A stretch of 64,000 nucleotides of DNA, taken from positions 85,188,001 through 85,252,000 of the forward strand of contig NC_043006.1 of NCBI RefSeq assembly GCF_006345805.1, in the 5' to 3' direction. The translations under genes were made by a program, and so were the position numbers. The stretch's first letter is position 1, and each line of letters begins with the position of its first letter. This DNA comes from Octopus sinensis. Lineage: Eukaryota. The notes under the pieces were generated by a model. It saw nothing but the letters and a program-made list of their open reading frames with translations, did not search any database and had not been told where the DNA came from. This document shows positions 38,916 to 52,194 of the stretch, piece after piece.

Positions 38916-41900
38916 TCAGTGTACATATACTGTTCTAGCAGATTTAACAGTGCATTTTTGTTTTCCTACACAGCAGTAGTCCAGCCAGATTTAATTTACT
39001 GTTTCTAATTATGGTAACAGGAGATATAGTCTTAATTGCAAGTGCAATGTGTATGTGTGAATGTTATAAGTTACTGAAATAATAATTGACTAATTAAATT
39101 ATCAGGTGATTAAAAGAAAAGAAAACAAGATGTGCTCTACATTGTAAAGAATAATTTCTACCGATGTTCTTGGAATTGTTCTTGGAATTTCTTGCTTGAT
39201 TTCAGCCTCTCACCTTTCAGCATTTACACCATTCCATTCACATTTCACCATTTTTTGGTGTACAGAAATCATTGTAATCAAATGCACGCCAAAACTACAC
39301 CAATCTTTATGGAAATGGTCCCATGGATGTCATAACCACACTGCCAGATATCAAATTCCTGCTCTCTTAATTCTCTCACTAACCATATTTTTTAAGCAAT
39401 ACTCAGCAATGGTATCTGCTGATGACCTCATTGGTTGGAACAAACTCAGGTTGCAGCTTGTCGATTCAAGCTATTTTAGGTCTATTTTGATAGCCATGTT
39501 CTTCTGTGTTAGCTTTTTTAGCATTGCAAATGCTAAGATTAACTGTAGAGGGTTTAAACTAGAAAAACCATTTAAGTGATACTTAGTAGTAAATCTAATA
39601 TCCAAAAGCTACCAATTGCCCATTTGTTTTTAGTTATTTCAGCCCTCAAGCCTTCTTCAATCAGACAGACCTATGATTATATGTGTTCCAGCCATAAACA
39701 TTGTCTATTTTTCAACCATATTGTAATATTTTGTGTCTTTTCCATTTTAAATACAGTAGAGGTTTGATTTAGGGGAAATTTGGTTGCTATTTCTAGCAGG
39801 CCACTCGACAACCTCTTCATGAAGCAGGCGGCCTGATACAATGTCCATCATCAGGCAGGCCACACTACTAAAAAAAATTAAGTTATTTTTCATTAGGGAT
39901 GCCATTTAGAAGGTTCCATGGGCTGCAAGTTGCCCCCATGTGGTTGACTCATTGACTCAACTTATCTCCTTTGCAATGTTTTTCAGATTTGTTGCTATAC
40001 TTCTTTCTTATTCGAATGGGCTTTACACACTTAGACTTTCTCAGATGTGCTGGTAGAGGAATTATTTGGACTCTTTAGAGCAGTGGACAGCAGAAATTGG
40101 TAGGGTGTCTTTTGATGTATTGAGTACAAATCTACCATACTTCTACACACCCTTTTAGTATAATATTGATGAATATCAGTTCAATATGCTACACTGCACC
40201 TTATCCAAAAAGTTTATTAGTTATGATGTCATTATTAGAGCTCCGTTATCACCAAGGTCAACTTTGCCTTTTATCCTTTCAGGGCCGATAAATTAAGTAC
40301 CAGTGAAACACTGGAGTCAATGTAATCAACTAGTCTCCTCCGCCAAAATTTCAGCTCTGTTAGACAAGGGCAGTGAACCATCAGAGCATCAGGCAAAAGT
40401 TGTATTTGTTCCAGCACTTTTACCTTCTGAGTTCAAATCCCACCAAGTTCATTTTTGCCTTTCATCTTTCTGATAGTCAATAAAATAGAGGACCAGACAA
40501 GTACTAGATTTGTTTTAATCAACTAACTCTTCCTTCCCCAAAATTTCTGGCTTTGTGCCTACATTAGAAATTATCGTTATTAGAGCTCTCGCTTCCAAAA
40601 TTAGAAAAGAACTATTGTAACAAGCTAGAAAGAAACATTTAAAAATTATCCACGAAAAGATTTCATTTGAAACTATTACTTTTCTGTTGTGTTCACAGAA
40701 AATAATGCTATTTAATTTGGTTTAAGGCGAGAGTGCTTCATTTTCTCTCACTCTTAAGCACTTTTTTTCACTACATTTGCTGCTTTAAAATTTAAAACAG
40801 CAGACTGCTTTGCATTAGTCTTTCTATTAATTGATATGATTATAATTCTGCTTCCACAGTGCATTATTTAGGCTAAATAAACTAAGAATATCTTGATAGT
40901 AGAAAGCGTTTCACTTCATGTTTTTTTTTTTTCAGATAGTTTCTAATATCTAAACATATTATTTGTATCTTCCTTTGAATCTTTACATAAAAATTAATAT
41001 CATAGTTTTGCCAAAATATCAATAAATGTTAATTTTAAAAAATGCAAGCAGATTCTAATTGCTTGATCGTGCTTTAATTTTTACTGAAAAACCTATTTAT
41101 TCATGACTTGGCAACTAGATTTCTGTTCCCCCCTCCTCCCTCTCCAACACTTCTGTTTTAGTTTCAGAATACTTTAAAAAAATTCTCTGAAACATTCATA
41201 AAAATTTGTTCGTATCTCTGGTGTTATAGCATCAAAGTAGATGAGATAAAATCCCACACACTAACACACACACTGTGAGGTAGCACACTACTCTATCACT
41301 AGTGACATTTCCAGAACTATTTTTGGCAACTTTGTGAACTGGGGTACATCAAACTAAGTACCCTACCCACAGATAACAAGGAAACACATGCAGTGAATTT
41401 GAAATGTCTTAGCATCTGACACAGTTTATAACCTGAAAATGTGATTGTACAAACACATTTTATAGTAGGTTTTGGCAAATTCAAAGGTATTTTATAATTG
41501 TAAGTATATACAAGGTGCATCTGAAAAATACCTCAGATTTACCATTCTTAAATAATTCAACTGCAGTCATCATCATCATCATCAACATCTGCTTTCCATG
41601 CTAGCATGGGTTGGACGATTTGACTGAGGTCTGGCGAACCAGACTTCAATCTGATCTGGCAGAGTTTCTACAGCTGGATGCCCTTCCTAATGCCAACCAC
41701 TCTGAGAGTGTAGTGGGTGCTTTTACGTAATGGTACTGGCAACGGTCACGCCCAAATGGTGCTTTTTACGTGCCACCTGCACAGGAGCCAGTCCTGCGGC
41801 ACTGGCAACGACCTCACTCGAATATTTCACATGCCACCAGCGCAAGTCCTAGTAAGGCGAGGTGGTAACAATCAGTAGCTGCGTAAAATAGAGAACATTC

Positions 41901-41929
41901 TTCTGTCTTACTCTCTATACTAGTGGCAC

Positions 41930-42310
41930 TCCATCGGTTGCGATGACGAAGGTTCCAGTTGATCCGATCAACAGAACAGCTTGCTTGTGAAATTAACATG
42001 CAAGTGACTGAGCACTCCACAGACACGTGTACCCTTAACATAGTTCTCAGGGAGATTCAGCATGACACAGAGTGTGACAAGGCCGACCCTTTGAAATACA
42101 GGTACAACAGAAGTAGGAAGGAAGAGTGAGAGAAAGTTGTGGTGAAAGAATATAGCAGAGTTCACCACTACCCCCTGCTGTGCTGGAGCCTCGTGGGGCT
42201 TTAGGTGTTTTTGCTCAATAAACACTCACAACACCCAGTCTGGGAATTGAAACCACGATCCTATAATTGTGAGTCCGCTGCCCTAACTACTGGGCCATTG
42301 CGCCTCCACT
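41930..42310 (-). mobile_element. Further tRNA-derived SINE family (antisense); relatives at 23925-24238 (+) and 20250-20490 (-)
   Basis: tRNA-like head (reverse complement of gggaattgaaacc...ctgggccattgcgcctcc) and shared body gacacagagtgtgacaagg...tttgaaatacagg. Confidence 0.7.
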
Positions 42311-42758
42311 CCTGTATACTATATATACCTAGAACTGTGTTTTCACCAACAGCAAAGGGAGATTAGTTTGATTATGACCATCTCCTTAAGCTTGGATTCT
42401 TTATATTTGGGAATGGTTATAGCAACTTAGTGTTCCCTACTGGATCTGTAGTTTGTGGGTTCGATATGTATTGTGGCATAGTAGAACCGAGTTGATTTTT
42501 TTTTTCTTTCATTTCACACTGTTTCAAATTTTCTGCTGTACAGCAGATGTTCGATTCAATATCACTTAAATTGATTCAAGTTATACAGTAATATCGTAGT
42601 TGGAGAGCTGGGGAGGGTGGCTACTATAACCCTCTATTTCATGCCTAGTATAAATAGTTGCTTTCTTCTTCTTTGAAGCTTTTAGTCACAACAATCAATG
42701 CTATAGAAAACTTACTCACAACCTGTCCTATGGTATGTGTGTGTATGTATATATATAT

Positions 42759-42794
<36 letters not shown>

Positions 42795-43997
42795 GATATA
42801 GAAGCAAAGAGTGGACTATTAAACAGAAATCAAACTTAATTGTTCATTGATAAAAAAAAACAAGGAAAAAAATGGTTGTGTAAAACTACAGACACCATTG
42901 TCAAAAAGTGGTATATTTCAGTTCATATTAAAATTTCTGTTCAACAATTCATTTACCAAGGATTGTAGGGATTTGCTCATATTTGAGCCCAGATATAACA
43001 ATCTAGTTAATATTTGATATTTGCATGCCTTTTATACAGACATTTCTCTCTCGCTCTCTGTTTTTATATTATATTTGTTGCAGCTGACGACATATGGGCT
43101 AATTAGCATGGCTTTTCTCACTGGTACACTTCACCTTTGCGGTTCTTTTATTCTTTTTTTTTTTTTTACTCATTTGCTGTCCACTTATTATTCTTCAATG
43201 GCAGTTTCATTTCTCTTGGTCATCTCATCATATAGAGTCATTTAGGTTAAAATAACTTGTGCAAATATCTTCGACCATAGTTTGAAATCAACCAAAACCC
43301 TGTGAGAGGAAATTTGATAAACAGGAAAGTATTCTTGGGGAATTAGATGTAATTTGTGGGCTCAGATTAAAAGCCATTATCTGTTTTTCTGTTATTATTA
43401 TTTAGGTAGCTAACTGGCAGAATAATTGAATAAAATGCTTGGCAGTATTTTTATTGGTTCTTTATGATCTGAGTTCCATTCCTGCTGAGGTCAACTTTGC
43501 CCATCCATCTTTCAGGTGAATAAAATAATGTCAAGAATTGAGGTCATTGTAATTGTCTTGCTACCCATCTCCTTGAAATTGCTAGGTTTTTGCCAAAATT
43601 AGAATTATTATCGTTCTTAGGGCAGTAAGCTGGCATAATTGTGAGCATGCTTACCAAATTTGTTAGCAGTATTTAGTCTAGCTCTGTTCTGAGTTCAAAT
43701 TCCACCATAGTCAACTTTGCCTTTCATCCTACTGAGGTTGATAGTATGAATACCTGTTGCGCACTGGGGTCGATATGACTGACTCAGCTCCTCCCCCATA
43801 ACTGCTGACCTTGTGCCAATTATTATTATTGAGTGAGAGAGAGCAGTGCATGCCATCTAAGTGACACTGGGGTAAAATATACGAAGCCCAGCTTACCCAT
43901 CATGACTACCCGTCTGATAAGGGTACAATAGGTACATGCATCACAACTATATGTGTGCGACAGGGTGATCTCATATCAAGATAAACAGTACACGACA

Positions 43998-44037
<40 letters not shown>

Positions 44038-44040
44038 AAA

Positions 44041-44273
44041 GGTAGTGAGCTGGCAGAATTGTTAGCATGCTAGATGAAATGCTTAGCAGTATTTTGGCTG
44101 CCGTTAGGTTCTAAGTTCAAATTCCGCCAAGGTCGACATTGCCTTTCATCCTTTTGCGGTCGATAAATTAAGTACCAGTTACGCACTGGGGTCGATGTAA
44201 TCAACTTAATCCGTGTGTCTGTCTTTGTTTGTCTTCTCTGTGTTTAGCCCCTTGTGGGTAGTAAAGAAATAGG
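44041..44273 (+). mobile_element. Second tRNA-SINE family copy inserted after an (ATT)n tract
   Basis: Aligns by eye with 37301-37527. Confidence 0.85.
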
Positions 44274-46008
44274 TATTTTGTCTGCCGCTAGGTTCTAAGT
44301 TCAAATTCTGCCATGGTTGAGTGCATGCTTCAATGTTAGAAAGCAGTATGTTAGCAAATAGATTTTTCTGTCCTTCTCTTAAGAAAGAAAGAGAAAGAGA
44401 GAATGGGGAACCAAGAACTGTTAAATTTTCTATAGACGAATGTAGTTCTATAACTGCTTGGAAGGGACTGGGCCTTGCCTTGATCTGGATTTTTCTCTCT
44501 CTCTCTTGCTCTCTAATATATGTCACTAGTTATTTACAGATGAGATGTAATCCTTTTTGAGCCATTGGAAATAATATTGCTACCTTTCTTTCTTGCAGTA
44601 AAAACAGCACATCACCATTACTACCACTACCACTACTATCATTATCATCAGCACACTCTTGCTCATAACAACACTACTTTTTTCCGTCTGCCATGTAACA
44701 AAACACTTTGGCACAGTAAAGCGTCTATACCTTCTATTATCATTATTATTATTATTATTAAGTTTTTTATTCTTTGTTTTTCTGTGAGTGGGGGTGGGAC
44801 CAGGGACAGGCAGTAGCTGCTTTATTCCTACTAATATTATTATTATTGTTATTAATCTAATTTTCAATTCTTTCAAATATCTCTTCTTTGTAACGAAAGA
44901 GGCTTGACTAATTTGTGATTATATATTAAAACCATTCCTGTAAACATGTTTGTCTTAGAGTTTGTGTGCATACATACATGCATATGTGTATGTATGCATG
45001 TATAATTACATTTCAAGCATGTATCTTTAAATTTCTGTTTCTAGTTTCTCTCTCTGTATATTTATATTCTTTTCCCGCCTGATTCTTCTCAGTTATTTCT
45101 TGAGTACTTATTCTCCAAATCAATGATTTCGCTAACAAAGACTGATACATTGGAATTTGTCTCCAGATGCATGCATTTTCCAAAAAGAAAGAACCTCCTC
45201 TACAGCATGTCTTTGGGTTACGTTCCATTGTTGCACCATTATTAGCACCTGATCCTTGTTAGTTAATCCTTTTGTATGACTGACTGATGCCTTGTCCGGA
45301 TTCAGTTCGAGAGACAAACAGTGATTTTGATTGAGTCTACTGGCTCTATTATGAATGTCAAATACCACCAACACCTTCCCCTGTAGTGTTCCCATGTCAA
45401 CAGTTTCCTTTCTGTTTCATAGTTTTGCATGGAAATTCTTGTAAACATTCCAGTAAAACTGATATTAAGAATAGAAGAGAAATCGTTGAAATTTATCAAA
45501 AAATAATTCCATTATTATTTGAAAGTAAATATGGAGACTTGTTTTTTTTTTATCTGTATATACGTGTTTCTTTCATCTTTTTTTATTATTCAGTATTCTT
45601 TGTGAAACTGAATGAAGATATTTGTAGAAACATGCTCTTTTGAATATTTGTTTATCTTTCTGATTCCTCCTCCTACCCCCATACCCTTGTAACACTCACT
45701 TTCTTGCACCCTTTTTTCCTTATTTCTATCTGCCTCTGTCTACACTCCTTCGTCTCTCCTTTTCACCCTCTCTCGTAGGTTTGAACTAGTAGATTCTTCA
45801 CCGTCTTTTGATCCACCGTTTCCTCTTCCCCTCCTTCTACTCTCTCTCTTTCTCTAAAAACGTTTGTCACATGGTCTTCTTGTTTGGTTTTGAGATTAAC
45901 TTTCTGTCAATATTTTGTTATTTGCCTTATATTATCTTCCATCTGCATCTCCACTTACCTACCTACCTATCTTTCTATCTCTATCTATCTCTCTCTCTCT
46001 CCCCGAAG

Positions 46009-46047
46009 CTATATCCCAGGATCGCCTCATGAGTTTTCTCTTCCAAG
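46009..46047 (+). CDS. Candidate 39-nt phase-1 symmetric cassette exon (AISQDRLMSFLFQ)
   Basis: (CT)n pyrimidine tract, then ccccgaAG, 39 nt open in the frame required between 35393 and 60799, then consensus donor CAAG|GTGAGT. Confidence 0.45.
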
Positions 46048-46800
46048 GTGAGTTCTCAGTCCACTTTCCTCCACAACAACCCGTTGCTGTGACAACAGCA
46101 ACCAGACCACCACACTACTTGTTTTGTTACTACCACCCTGTTGTAGTGGTTATCAAGTGTTTTTCCGGATTACATGCTTGATCTGTTGCCATGTTTCGTT
46201 TAACCTAGCAACTTGCTAACAAGCACCTCCTATTAAAAACTCCCTTTTCCAACACTAAATTTCCTCACTACCACCACCACCAACAGCTACAATCCTGTAA
46301 TAATTTCTAAAGTAGATTTATAATCTGAAATTTTTATTGAAATCAGTTGTAAGCATTCTTGCTTTAGAAGTGATTTTTGTGTCTTCATCAAATGTCTTAA
46401 AGTTTATTATCAACAATACATAGCTATAATAACTTGAATATTGAAGATCCCTTTTTGATGTAGTACCTGGCTTGATTTATGGGAATAACTGTTAGATAAG
46501 GAAAATGTATCCCTCTTAAACTAAGGTACTTAGTTGGGATTTTTGCTTTTTTTTTTAAGAAGGCAATTACCTGTATCTTATGCTCTATTAGGTTTAAAGC
46601 ACATAATTTTACTCTCTGTGTCATTTTTAGTCTTCAGTTACTGCTCATTTATTTCTTGATATATTTTGGCTCTACAGCTGTCTGTAAGAATATGAATTTA
46701 AAATCACTTTTAACTGTAGGTCTTTCTTTTAAATTACAAGACATATAAAAGATATATATGTGTATGTGTATCTATATATATATATATACATACATACACA

Positions 46801-47545
46801 CAGTGCATCAGTGTTTTTGAGGTAATTTGTATCAATTTAGAAAAAGACACATAGCTCATCAAAGAAAAGCTGTATTTGAAGAAATACAAATTAGTACAGA
46901 CAATCTTGAGAACCCTTTTATTACACCTATTTAAGGAATCCGCTGTTAGCCTCAGCAGCTGCTTTATTAGAGAGTTGGAAGCAATGATATGCCTGAATCA
47001 GATAATCTTTATCAATTTTGGACATAGTGCTGGTTATGGTGGACTTAAGAGACTGCATGGTGTTATGGAGATGTTGACTGACCCCTCTCTTGACTACATC
47101 CCATACATAATAAATACTCTTGTAGATTGAGGTCTGGTGAGCCAGGAGGCCATGTGTCTGGGAGGCGGCATGACATCTCCCTTGTTGCTAATGACTCCCA
47201 GAACTGCTGGGAACTTAGTATGATTGACTGTTGGAACTTCATTCAAGTCTCTGCATAACTATGTGTCTTGTCCTTGGTTTGCCTTTTGGTCCTGATTGTA
47301 GTTTTTCTCATTGGAAAACAACCAAAGCATTCTAACCTTGAGGTTTTAATTCGTTTAGCAAGCACTTTGTACAGATTGAACTTTTCTCTCTTGTGACATC
47401 CAACATAAACTAACCCCTCTGCATCACATCTTGTACCAGATGTCCTCATGCACAACTCTTCTGATGGTGCATTCTGAAACCTTGAGGTCCTTTGAAATGG
47501 CTCTGATTGACTTTTTAATGATTACTTGGAATTTTTTCCCAAAGC
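46801..47545 (-). mobile_element. Second maT/DD37D-like mariner transposase relic
   Basis: Minus-strand frames give KSIRAISKDLKVSECTIRRVVHEDI, MLWLFSNEKNYNQDQK, EVPTVNHTKFPAVLGVISNKGDVMPP and EANSGFLK*, with many lesions. Confidence 0.78.
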
Positions 47546-48310
47546 TGTGTTTTGAAGTGTTTGGTACATATTGTCTTGTCCAGCTTTGTTTGGAGCACAT
47601 CCTTTATTTAGGTTAAATGTCTTCCATCTTGCTCTTATTCTCTCTGGGATTTCAGATATCAGCTTCCATATCTTGGTGCATATTCACTGCGTGCCCTAAG
47701 CACACATACCCCTTTACCTCCTTGGTTTCATTGTTTCCTACCTCTACTCAGTCTTGTGCTACATCTTTGGATTGCATGTATTTTGTTTTCATGCAGTTCA
47801 TTTTAAGGAATCTGTTGAGCAATGGATGTCCAGCTCTGTCAGCATGATCTGCAGCTGACCTGTGGTTTCAGTGATCAGTACAATGCCATCTGCAAATCAG
47901 AGGTATGGTATTAACTCACCATCATCATCATCGTTTAACGTCTGCTTTCCACGCTAGCATGGGTTGGACGATTTTGACTGAAGGCTGGCGAACCAGACGG
48001 CTGCACCAGGCTCTAATCTTGATCTGGCAGAGTTTCTACAGAGTTTAGTGGGTGCTTTTTAGGTGCCACTGACACGGGGCCAGTCAGGCGGTACTGGCAA
48101 TGACCTCGCTCGAATCTTTTTACACATGCCACTGGCACAGGTGCCAGTAAGGCGACATTGGTAACGCTCGAATGGTGCCCTTCGTTCGTGTTAACTCCAC
48201 ATGTCCAGTCAATACCTCTGATAACCATTTCTAGGTATACACAGAAGCGGTTTAAAGGTATGGTGCCTCCTTGTTTGATGCCCTTCCCAATTGGAACTGT
48301 TACTTGAGGA
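47546..48310 (-). mobile_element. RTE-clade LINE reverse transcriptase relic interrupted by a SINE (47921-48190)
   Basis: VTVPIGKGIKQGGTI....FCVYLEMVIRGIDW, then after the SINE L*FADGIVLITETTGQLQIMLTEL...LKMNCMKTKYM...YVCLG (RT motifs 4-7). Confidence 0.78.
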
Positions 48311-50689
48311 TATATACACATACATATATGTGTGTGTGTGTGTGTGTGTATTTACATATGTACCTTAATCCTTAGTTATATCTTTTATATCTCTTGTAAG
48401 ATTAAAATGGATTATATATATATCAATAAAACACCTTGAATTTAAGTTAAACAGTTTGCTGGAAAATTCTTAGATGTATTTCTGTTTATAAGCTAGTAGA
48501 TATTTTCTTGGGTTCTTTTTTTAAGTTGGCAAGTGCTTATTATATTCCCAGTAGGTGCAAAAGAATGTAACAAATTCTTTCTTCCCATTACTAAAAAGAA
48601 GTATAATTTATTTTTAATTTTCTTTTTTTTTTCCCTAGTAAATAGATGTGATTGTTTTTTTTTTCTTCTTCGATAATCTCAAAAATGGATTATAAAAGTG
48701 TATATTATCAGTTTAACTAGAATTTTTTTTTTTATTTACTGTTAATATCCAACCGCTTACAGTAACTTTTTTTTTCCTCTCTTCCAAAATGTTGCAAAAG
48801 ACAAATACTTTTGTGTATCATTAACTTTTTGTTCTTTCCGAGTGTGCTGATGTAAAACAATATACACAATTATATATTTATATAAACATATCAGCTTCAA
48901 AGTAAATTCGTTGCTATATATATTATATATATATACATACACACATATATATATATATATATGTATGTATGTATGTATTTTTAATCCTTCTTTCTAATTG
49001 TTCCTTCGTTATTCCAAATAAACATTTATTTTCCATTGTCTTATGATATTGTGACCAAATTCTGTTGACAATCCGGAAATTCATGAGACCTTCGCTGATC
49101 CTTGTAACCACTTGTACAAATAATATTCACTGACCTTTTTGTAACCACTATCTAAGCCGTGCAAACCACAAAATTATTTATTTGCCTGCCTGTCTTTGTG
49201 TAGGTGTAAGTGCAGCTGTAATGATTACTTTTTTTTTTTTAGTCTTTTTTTACATTTGCAACTTTTGTCCCCTGTTTGCTTGTATACTGCTGTTTATGCT
49301 GCTGCTGCCATCTGCTGGTGATTGTCGTAGTCTCTGATGTCACTTCTGGCTGCTGGCCTTTATTTGTGTTACTTTTTTTTTTTTTCATTTTTTTTAATCT
49401 CTCACTCTTTTCACATTTGACATCATCTTGTTTTGCAGTTTAGCAATGTTTATATACTTGCAATATTTTTTTTTTGTTTTTCTCCATTTGTTTGGATTCC
49501 TTGTTCTTAGCACTTTATTATGGTATATGGATGCATTTGCTCTGCTCTTGTTACACTGAGAAAAATATTGTTGTGAAAGACAACTTTTCAAATTCTGTCA
49601 TTGGGTTTTATAAACAAACACTGTTTGACAAATCTCTCTTTCCTTACAGTTCAAATAATGTCCCTTCACTTACAGTTCAACAAGCTCCCTTGTCTAACCA
49701 TATGTCCTAATTTCATTATGAATATGAAGCCCTTTACATTCTGATTTCAAATTCCAAAGTCAATTTTGCCTTTCATCCTTCTGGCATCAGTAAAATAAGT
49801 ACCAGTTGAGTACTGGGGTCACTGTAATTGATTTACCCTTCCCCTGAAGTTCCTGGCCTTGTGCCAAAATTTGAAATCGTTATCATTTTTATTAAGGCGG
49901 CAAGCTGGCAGAATCGTTAGCACGCCAGGTGAAATGCTTAATGGTATTTAGTCTTTCTGTACATTCTGAGTTCAAATTCCACCAAGGTTGACTTTGCGTT
50001 TGCCCCCTGATGTAATCTCCAGGGATACAGGCATCCAGCAACAGGACCTCCATAATGCTATGATGGACCGTGAAGTCTGACGTAACATGGTAAATTCCAT
50101 TGTCTTGACCACGGTCGAACAATGATGATGATGAAGCCCTTTAACTCTTTATTAGTTACCTACACTATATTGGTATTCTAGTTATTACAGTACACCAGTT
50201 TACCCTATTTTCAGTGATTCCAGCTAGATGATTGTGGTATGATTGTTAAGTCTGCCCCAAACCTAATGGTTTATCTGGCCAGAACTTACCCCAGTTTCCA
50301 AGTTGTTTTGACAAATAAAAATAGAAGACTACCCCCTGTACTGGAAGCTAGTCCATTCAGAGTTAACCCGCTGGTATTCATTTTCAGATGAGTGGACTGA
50401 AGCAATGTAAAATGATGTGCCTTACTCAAGAACACACCATACTACCCATTCCAGGAGTCAAACGGGCCATGAGCCATAACATCATGTAGATGTAGGCACA
50501 ATAGTGTCTTTGGCTTTCCCATTGTGATTCAGTTTTTTTCATTGGACTATTCCCAGAAGTCAGCAGTTTTGTCTTGTGTTACTAGTTACAAACTGTTGTG
50601 GAAGCTGTAGGCTTAGAATTACATCACATTTATTTTGTTTTTTCTATTTTCTAAATTCAGTCAATTTATAATTATTATTATTATAATTA

Positions 50690-51575
50690 AGACACTGAGC
50701 TCGCAGAATCATCAGCATTCCAGGAAAAATGCTTAGCAGCATTTCGTCTGTCTTCATATTCTGAGTTCCAATTCCGTCGAGGTCAACTTTGCCTTTCATC
50801 TTTTCAGGGTCGATGAAAAAAGTGCCAGTCAACTTGTTGGGGGCAATCAACTTTTCCCCTCCCCCAAAATCTCAGGCCTTGTGCCTATAGTATAATGGAT
50901 TATTATTATTATTATTATTATTATAACAGCAAACTTACAGAATCATCAGCATCTTCACATTCTGAGTTCAAATTCTACCAAGGTCAACTTTGCTTTTAAT
51001 CCTTTTGGAATTGATAAAACAAGTACCAGTCAAATACTGGGGTCAATGTAATCGACTATCCCCCGCCTTCAAATTTCAGGCCTTGTGCCTATAGCAGAAA
51101 GGATTATTATTATTATTATCATTATTATTAAGGTGGTGAGCTGACAAAATTGTTAGCACTTTGGGAAAAATGCTTAGCAGCTTTTTGTGTTTTTACATTC
51201 TGATTTCAAATTTCAAAGTCAACTTTGCCTTTCATCCTTCTGACATCAGTAAAATAAGTACCAGTTGAGTACTGGGGTCACTGTAATTGATTTACCCTTC
51301 CCCTAAAGTTCCTGGCCTTGTGCCAAAATTTGAAAACGTAATTATTTTTATTAAGGCGGCAAGCTGGCAGAATCGTTAGCACGCCAGGTGAAATGCTTAA
51401 TGGTATTTTGTCTTTCTGTACATTCTGAGTTCAAATTCCACGAAGGTCGACTTTGCCTTTTATCATTTCAGCGTCAATAAATTAAGTACCAGTGAAATAC
51501 TGGGGTTGATGTAATTGACTATCCCTTTCCTCCAAATTTCAGGCCTTGTGCCTATAATAGAAACGATTATTATTA
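50690..51575 (+). mobile_element. Head-to-tail array of ~4-5 SINE copies or fragments separated by (ATT)n
   Basis: Successive units each ending ggccttgtgcc...gattattatt. Confidence 0.85.
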
Positions 51576-52148
51576 TCATCTTCATCAAATTAATATTAAA
51601 TTCTCACTTTCCTGAGTGATTGGCAATTTTTTCTTTTTTTTTTTTTTGTGATGAAGATAGTTGAAAAGTTGTCTTTCCTGTTTCAACTTTTGTATTTCTG
51701 TAGAAACAGCATTTGTTGTTTATTTAGTAGTTTGTTTGTAAATATTATACAGATTTTTTTTCCACCATTTAAAAAAAAATTATGTATTTATTTTGCTTGG
51801 CATAACAGCAAAAACATCACTCTGAAAGCACCATGGAAATATTTATTTCTCTTGTATGATGATAATAATAACTCATAATTTGTTTCATTTATTTCTTGTG
51901 TGTTTGTATATATATATAATTACCTGATTGTTAAAATTCTTATTATTATTATGTGCAGGTGGCTGGAATTCAATTTGAATCCCCCACCCCCACCTTGTAT
52001 TTCCTACATGCACCAATGCCATTAGTTATCTAAGACATTCCATATAGATCTCACTAGATAGGACTGCAGTGAAATTATGGATAACTATTCTACTTAGTAA
52101 TATGAGATAAAGTAAACCAATACAAGACCATAGCATATATATGTATTA

Positions 52149-52194
<46 letters not shown>

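Noticed and set aside
39130-39790. Long + strand ORFs, and a minus-strand relic faintly like an hAT dimerisation region
   Set aside because: No splice context or recognisable motif on +; the minus-strand similarity is too weak to support.
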